From: Chrysomallon squamiferum
Taxonomy: Eukaryota > Animalia > Mollusca
Length of the DNA: 64,000 nucleotides
Direction of reading: 5' to 3'
NCBI GenBank assembly: GCA_012295275.1
Contig: CM022665.1
Coordinates: 41,354,001 to 41,418,000, forward strand
In this document: piece by piece, positions 55,842 through 64,000 of the stretch
How positions within the stretch are numbered: position 1 is the first letter of the stretch
How the letters are laid out: the number at the start of each line of letters is the position of its first letter
The notes under the pieces: model-generated
What the model was told of the DNA's origin: nothing
The model's database searches: none
The model's input: the letters and a program-made list of their open reading frames with translations, nothing else
Program-made: the position numbers and the translations under genes

Positions 55842-57075
55842 AAATGAAGAAAAAAAGGAAAAGATTAAAATAAAACAGAAGAAAGAAAGAAATGGAAAAA
55901 TGATACCGGACTTCGTTAAAAGTTTTGAGCCTTTCAAATGGAAGGTATTTACTATAATGTAAAAGATTGGCTGGCATTACTGAATGTTTGTAGACCATTA
56001 GGCAGAATCTGGAGATGCTAATATTAAAAAAAACTACAGTGTTGAATGAAAGATAATCAGAAAATGCATCATCTCCATGAGTTTCAAAGTGACTATAGTT
56101 CAGTTGTTAGAATGCCACTGTAGGCATGGTTAGACTAGGTTGCCAGAGCAATCCTGCTTGGTGAGCCAAAATAGTTGTATTTACATTAAAAACATTTTTT
56201 CCTTGAAAAGAAAATTAAAAATGCAAAAAGTTATTTTTTAAATAAATACAATTATTTGTATTATTATTATTATTATTTGATTTTAATTTTAATTTTGGAG
56301 AATTATTTTCTATAATAAATCATCAAAATATACACTTCATCAAATATGGTTTACTACTGAGATGGTCAAATACAAATACTCAGAGAATTCAAATATATTT
56401 TGTCAGTTATCACAAATTTAAAAAAAAAATTAAATTAAAAATTAAAAATAAAAATAACCCAGTCACTGTATTCAGCTTACCTGCCATCCATACACACTGT
56501 ATTAGAATCTTTAATCATATTTCACAAAGCATTATTCAGCTTTCTAATTAGAAAATAAGTAAAACTACATGATCTGAATGGGTCTGAAAGTTAAAATACA
56601 TAGCTAAACACACTTTCTGTTTATTGAAGTTATTGCCCCTGGCAGGATATGACTGATTGCTTTTGAAACGTATTGTTTTCAAGAATCTTATTTCCATTTG
56701 ATATTGATAATTACAAGCCTGCAGGCTGTATCTTTTGCATTGTATAATGTTGATCCTCAGTCTGTATCATTTCTTTCGCAGATGTATATGTCGTCCGTGA
56801 AATGTTTTTACTGAGGTATTTTATGATGAAAAAAAAGAAAAAAAAAGAAAGAAGAATAAGATTAAAAAAATGATATGTTGTTGCTGTGTATATATATATA
56901 TTTATAAACATATTGGGTTACTGTGAAAGTGTAATGTATACGCCCGTCAGATGAAACTTTAGTAGATCAGTCAGTTTTGTGGCAGATAGTTAAGTGTTTA
57001 TCCTATCAGGTTTATCAGTAATAAATTTAATAATGGTAGTATTGTAGTGTTCATAGCTTGATGAAATATCCCATC

Positions 57076-57108
<33 letters not shown>

Positions 57109-57897
57109 TTGCTGTTCTTATTATTGTTGTTATTTTATTTTTTTCAATTTATTACTTTTTGTTATTATTATTTATAACTTATCAACAGTTACTCTTAACT
57201 TTTAATTATTTATTTATTTATTTATTTATTATTTTATTTATGTTTTGTTGTTGACATTTCAATGGGGTTTTTCACTGACAAATTATTTTATAAGACATTT
57301 CAGTAATCATATGTGTATTTCATATGTGTATTTAACTGCAAGCTTTCTCTTGATCGTGTGCATAAGTGTGTAAAATTAAATGTAAATATAAATATGTGTT
57401 CACATAAACCTAAATGTGTGTCTATGTGTGTAGTTTTTCTTTTTGTTCCTTGAGCATCAAGTTCTTGTACTTATTATTTTTTTTTTTTTTTTTTTTTTTT
57501 TTTAGCACGATTAACTAGATGTGTGCCTCAGGAAACACACACATTAAAGGTTGTATAATGATTTTAAGGCACAAATAAGCTACAGAAATAGAAAATGTAC
57601 CCAAGGCATCTAGTCAAACACAGAAATATAATGGGAACAACCCTTGTGGATATTACTAAATATTATTGTTTTTTTTTCTTCTTTTAAAATAGATACAATA
57701 AGCTACTGGGACAGAAAAAAACCCACAACACATTTGCTATTTCTTACACAAGTGTTTACACATTGAAATCATTTAAGTGCAGTTAGGAGGTTACAGTCCT
57801 GAAATATATTTTGTAAATGGAAAAAACCCAACCCAAAAACATGTAGGTAATAATAATAATTAAGTATAATCTGTTCTATGGAACTAAGTTGTCTTTT

Positions 57898-57930
<33 letters not shown>

Positions 57931-60900
57931 AATTTCAGAAAAATTAAATTCAGTAGTCATAATGTAACATGTTGCTTTAATTTCAAAATTAATTTTCATT
58001 GATTATTTCAAAATAGATTTGTATAATTTAGAAAATCAAGTTGTTTGTTATTATAATTTAAGTTTTTTTTTTTTTTATTTTTTTTAATATGTAATGCACT
58101 TTGATTATTATGATGGATACTGGAAATGAATGTATTAATTCAAACAGAGTACAGGTTTACAGTTGCTTTGATAAGTAAAAGCCATTTGTTCTTACTCAGA
58201 CATTCCCCAACCCAAAAATAAAAAAATAATAAAAAAAAAAATAAAATAAAATAAAATAAAATAAAATAAATTATGAAACAAATCCCACAACACTGACTAG
58301 AATTACAAAAAACTTTTAACCACATTTTGCATTTTGTATGTTGTTGGTTTTTGGGTTATTTTTTTATTGTTTGTTTGCTGGGGTTTTTTTGTTTTTTTTT
58401 TTTTTTTTTTTTAATCCTTTCCATTGTTGAAGGTTGAAACTGTCTTTTGCAGTCATATCAATTTAATTTAAAAAAAAGAAAAAAAGAGAAGAAAACAATA
58501 TATTTTTGTTGTGTATATTTTACGCACACATACATATATATTAAAAGAAAATCAGACAAATTCAGTGATTGAACTTTGATATACTTTTGTATTTACTAAT
58601 GTGACAATACTGCTCTCTGGTTTGTCATTGGCGCTGAATCACTAATATCAACTTACTGCTGTGGACAAATTGCTTGAAAACATGATACATCAGACTTACA
58701 CACAATGATAATAGCCTTCCAGGCTGATACTGTTCTAATGAATTTCACCATTTCAGAACTGCCATTGACAGTGCTTTGAGTTACCTTACCACTGATAGCT
58801 TACTTGGCAGGCGATCAGTAAATCTAATATTATTGTAAAAAATAAGAACAGAACAAAATAAAATGATATCTTTAAAAAAAAAAAAAAAAAAAGAACAACA
58901 ACAACAACAACAGAAATAATCCCATCAAAACAAAGAGCAAATCTAATATTATTGCTAGAAATAAAAACAAAATAGAATAAAATAGTATCTTGAAAAAATA
59001 AAAACAACAGAAATAACACAAACAAAACAAACAGCAGATGTAATATTGTTGCTAAAAATAAAACCAAAATAAAATAATACTTTAAAAGAAGAAAAAAACA
59101 AACAAACAAAAAAAGATACAAACAAAGAAAATGTAACCAAAAAAAACCCAAACAAAACCAGCAAATCTAATATTACAGCAGTAAATTAATACTTTAAAAA
59201 GAAATAAAGAACAACAACAACAACAACAACAAAAAAAAAACATAATTTGTAATTTGCTATTCTTGTTGACTTACTTTACCATGGATAACTTGTTTGACAG
59301 ACCATCAGTAAATTTAATATCATTGCCATAAATAACAACAAAATAAAAATTAAAAATAATTTTTTAAAAATAAATTAAAAAAATGTAGGAAAATAAACAA
59401 ATAAATAAATAAAAGTAAAATCTAATATTATTGCTATAAATAAAATAAAATAATATTTAAAAAAAAAAATAAAGAACAACAGAAAAAATAGAAAAAAGAA
59501 GATGATAATTGCTGTACTTGTTGTCAGTTGTGGCAGTGGTTTGTTTTGAATTGATATTATTTCTAGACTGGTTGGTGAAACCTGCTGATGCGTATCGACC
59601 TGGCCAGCAATTTGTCGGATGCGGGCAGCGACTAACTACACGATTCAAACAATTTACATATAGATGGTCATTGCTGATTGGTGCATGTATTTAATTTGAG
59701 AACAAATTTGCGGGATTTGTCGTTTTTGTTTTTGTGTGCCGTGACATCAAGGTTAAAAGTCACAACAATGTATCGCGTATTTGTTAACTAACAGAAAGAA
59801 CAGTAAAGACAAAAATCATTTAAAAAAAAAAAAATGTATTAGTATTCTTTTTAAGTTTAAAATAAAAATGAATTTGTTTTTAAGTTAGTTTTTAAAATTA
59901 TCAAATTTGTGGAGAATATATCTGTGTTTCTGTGTATGTGTGTGTGTGTGTGTGTGAGAGTAAATATGTTTGTGTGTATATGAATGTGTATCTAAGTACT
60001 TTATTGTAAACTGGCAGTAGTTAGATAACTCACATATTTTCTGTTTATTCTTTATTTTATTTTGTTTTTATTACTATTATTATGAGTTGTTTTTTTTTTT
60101 TTTTTTTTTTTCTTGGCTGGATAATTTATCACGTCCTTGATGCACAAAAGACTGGAAAATACATTACTGTTTGTTTTTGTTGTTTGTTGGGGTTATTTCT
60201 TGTGCTTCCCGTTTTATTTAATCTGTAATCTGATTTGTTAAAGAAATTTGTTTCATTCTTTCTGTTTTTTTTTTTTTTCATGCTTTATTTAATTTCCAAA
60301 TTGATTTGAAGGGGAGAGATATTTTTTAATCTTTTTTTTTTTTTCCTATTATTGTTGTTGTTGACGACATTTCAGTATTAAATGAATTTGATTTATTTAT
60401 TTTTTTTTTTTTTTGCTTCTCAAATTAAGTCTGAATATATTTAGTCATTGAAAGTATTGATGGAATGAAGGTCAAAGCTGCTATGAGAGCAGTGACAACA
60501 AATACATGTGATATATTGGAAATGCTATGATTTATCACTTCGTGGTGGATTCCATTTCCACTGTTGTCAGTAACCTGCAGTCATTTCTGACAATGTGTTT
60601 ATCACGAATTTCAGACAAATAAACTTAAATAGCCACTGAATAAAAAAACTATAAATATAAATAAATAAATAAAAATAATGTGGAAGATAATAAATAAATT
60701 ACTTGAATATTTGTTTTAATGTCCTTGACACTGTATAAACACATTAATGGAGGTGCAAAAATATTATACTTAAGAAATTACTGTTAATACCATAGATTGT
60801 TTTTTTGGTATTTTTCTAATTAGTTCATTTTTAATTTATTCCAGTGCATCTTCTAAAAGTAGTTAGAAAGACTTGAAAAATGTTCCTATTTTTATTGATA

Positions 60901-63900
60901 TTTTATAGTTAATTCACAATTTAAACTGATTCAAAAATATGTATATAAAATAATAATAATACTAATTAAAAAAATAAAAAAATAAAAAAATAAAGACAAT
61001 AAAATAAAATAGGTAAAACAAAAAATTGAAAAATAATAATAATAATAAAAAAATAAAATAAATAAAATAAAAAAGTAACAAAAATAAACAGACCACTTTG
61101 CAAAAAGCCACCGGAAAATTTTCATTCATCTTTCCATGTCACTTAAATAACAATTGATTATTTTTCGTCCGCGCCGCTGCTTTTCATTTGAAAATTTACC
61201 CCTGTACATGTAATCGACATCTGCATTAGTCACGGAATCATGACAGTCATTATCAAGGCTATTCTGCCGCTCACACAGAAGCTGCCATACGATACGTGTT
61301 AAACACAGATTTGGTGTTGCGGAGAAGTTGAATCAATTTTGAAAATTGACTGCGGCCCAAAAACTCACTCCTCTTTCCCCCAATTGCACTTTATTTGAGC
61401 CCGAACATGCACTACCTTCCTGTTTAATTGCTCCATGTAAGTTGAACATATTGTTTACCGAGCACCAGATTGCCGGAATTACACTTGAAGCCAGGTTGGA
61501 GACCAATTTTGAAAAATGTGATTAGTAGCTCGAAGCTTTCTGAGCAAAGAAAAATATGAACGTGGGCCCTGAAACGAATAATTTGGGAAAGAAATGGTTT
61601 TTGGAAGGTTTTTTTATATTTTTTTTATTTTATTTATTTTTTTATGTGATATGGCTTATTAAGATATGAGCCAAAAAATAATAGTTACTACTTACATACA
61701 AATTATAATAATAATATTAATACCATCACCATTATTACTAGTACTATTATTACTGTTACTATTACTATTAATAGTAATAATCATCATCATCATTTGTTAA
61801 TTTTTTTAATAGAAAGATAGAACAAGAAATAACAGATTTAAAAAGAAAAGCATTATTCATTTTCAAGGATCCATTGAGATTTTTATGATGACAAATTTAT
61901 GGTTGAACCATAGTTAATTATGTAATATTTTTCTTAAGTTAGTAAGCTAGTGTAAGCACAACATTTTGAGCATAGAAGCTAAAATATTACTGTATCTCCT
62001 TATAAAGTGTGTAACTGCCATCTCTGTTAATGACTTTCTGCATGTTTCATGGAAACAGCATTGATGAACAAGAATATGTCAACAGAATACCTGTAGAAGA
62101 GTGTAATATGAAACTTTTTAATAACATATCTGATATGTTGGTGTGTGATAGATCCTTTTGTAAGTTTTAATTAGAAACTTATTTTGAAAAGCTAATTCAT
62201 ACATACGTATGCATGTTGATAGACACATAAAAGCATCTGCAAACTTGCAAAAGCATGTACACACCCACACACCCACCACACACACAGTTATATGCTGTGA
62301 CTAGCAAAAAAAAAAAAATCACACACACAATCAATCACATATGCACACATTGAACCTGGAGGTACCTTCATCTTGCATACTAACATGCAATTTGACACCA
62401 ATATCATGTTAGTGTTTTGACAGCGAGGAAAGAATTAGGGACCAAAAAAAAAAAAGATTAACACTATAAAAATTATTAACATTATTTCTAGAGAAGCTCT
62501 AATTTGATCAACATGACACATGCACACTCACATGGCATTTCCAATTAAGTGGCGATTTCTCTTGAGGTTACTTTTCTGTTAATTGCTTTAAAGATTTTCT
62601 TGTTACTTTGATTAGTGCTTCTCAGGGTTGGACAATTTGTTTAATATTGTCAACATTTTTATGAATGTATACTCCGCTGGGATCTGACCGGTAATTAATC
62701 CAAAAGATTACTTAAAAGTTGTGTATAAGTTTCTGTGTTTTTTTTTGGTGTTTTTTTGTTTTGTTAAGGATTACCTTTAACGATAAAAGTCTTTTTTTGT
62801 CTTTGATGAATACATCACAAATGTATATGAACATGAAATGTGTAAACATTTATGATGCACACACTAGCTACTGTTTCATTCTTTTTCCCCTGTTTCCCTT
62901 TCTCTCTATTTCTTTTTTTTTTTCTCTCTCTTTCTGTCTTTCTTTCTTTTTCTCCTTCTCTGTCCACTCCATATCTTTTTCTGTCTCCATTATTTCATTA
63001 GCAATAAGTAATCTTTTATGGCCACCTTTCCTTAAACTACAGCACATAATAAAATATTTTCTAATCAGTTATAGAGTGATGGCTGGATTGGGAAATAAAT
63101 ACCCCTAAGCAAACTGAATATTAACTCTTCAGAGATGCAGCATTTGTTAACACATACTGTCATTCCAGTGTTAATTTAACATATTATTAAGGTTTTGAGG
63201 AAATTATAAATATCACTGGTAAATATAACAAACACTTAACACAGAGCTATTACAGTGACAAGCAGTTGTATGTCCCTGATTGAAATTGGTGGTTATGAAT
63301 CAATAAGTTAAGTCATCACCAACACAGATTTTACTTGATGAGTATAACAGTTCTCTGAGTTCCGATTATGTAAAAAGGCTTGAAAATGGTGGGTGGCAGG
63401 CAAGTAATAGATTTATCTGAGATGAACAGATTAAAATAATATAGGATCACATTTAATATTTTCAGATATATATACATAGATAGATAGGTGTGTGTGAGTG
63501 TGTGTGCATTTGTACATATTTAACATATAACGTCAAAAACCAGACAATTATTAAACTAGATGTTTAACTTCTAATATAAATTAATTCTATTCAGTTTGAT
63601 TTGTTACCTTTATTTGCAACACATTGTAAATTAATAACTCACAAAACTGTATCTTATTTCTGAAATGCGTATTTACGGTACTAATAATCACTGTAGACTG
63701 TAGATGAATCACATAAAAACATTCACCTGCAGTAAATAACTTGTTCAGAGCAGTTATTACTTTTCCTTGGCTCAATATCTGGTTTCAGTGAAAAATTGTT
63801 TGTTTTGTATTTTTTTCTCCAAGACTTATTAACATGTAACAGAATAGCAAGAAGTGTAATTGAGAAAAACACAGAGAATGTGAATTTTTATCACCCTCCA

Positions 63901-64000
63901 GTGCTGCTTAAGATTTCCATCAACAATGATGTCGGTAAATATAGATTCTCTCTCTTTGTTTTGCTGGTAAGTTGTCTCACCTTGCTGGTTTCCACTATTT

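Noticed and set aside
58786-59164. Phe/Leu-rich membrane-protein-like ORFs (also 27217-27600, 62719-63108)
   Set aside because: Products of poly-T/AT low-complexity DNA.

Overview
AT-rich, microsatellite-laden eukaryotic DNA with spliceosomal introns; an invertebrate, possibly a mollusc (inference from style only). From left to right: (1) the 5' ten coding exons of TRMT6 on the minus strand, running off the left edge and including a GC-AG intron. (2) A ~13-kb tandem triplication between TRMT6 and CPSF2. Each unit carries a two-exon minus-strand gene for an unrecognised ~390-420 aa protein. The extra units also carry duplicated TRMT6 5'/promoter fragments, and unit 2 has a ~1-kb insertion. The three orphan paralogues have near-identical C-terminal 148 aa but strongly divergent N-terminal parts. 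(3) The first eight coding exons of CPSF2 on the plus strand, followed by >41 kb in which I found no further CPSF2 exon. (4) Inside that apparent giant intron, an antisense class A neuropeptide receptor of the sNPF/PrRP/NPY-receptor type, with an uninterrupted coding region and a single frameshift in TM1. The rest is non-coding DNA with minisatellites and simple repeats. All exon boundaries were derived by eye; no database searches were run.
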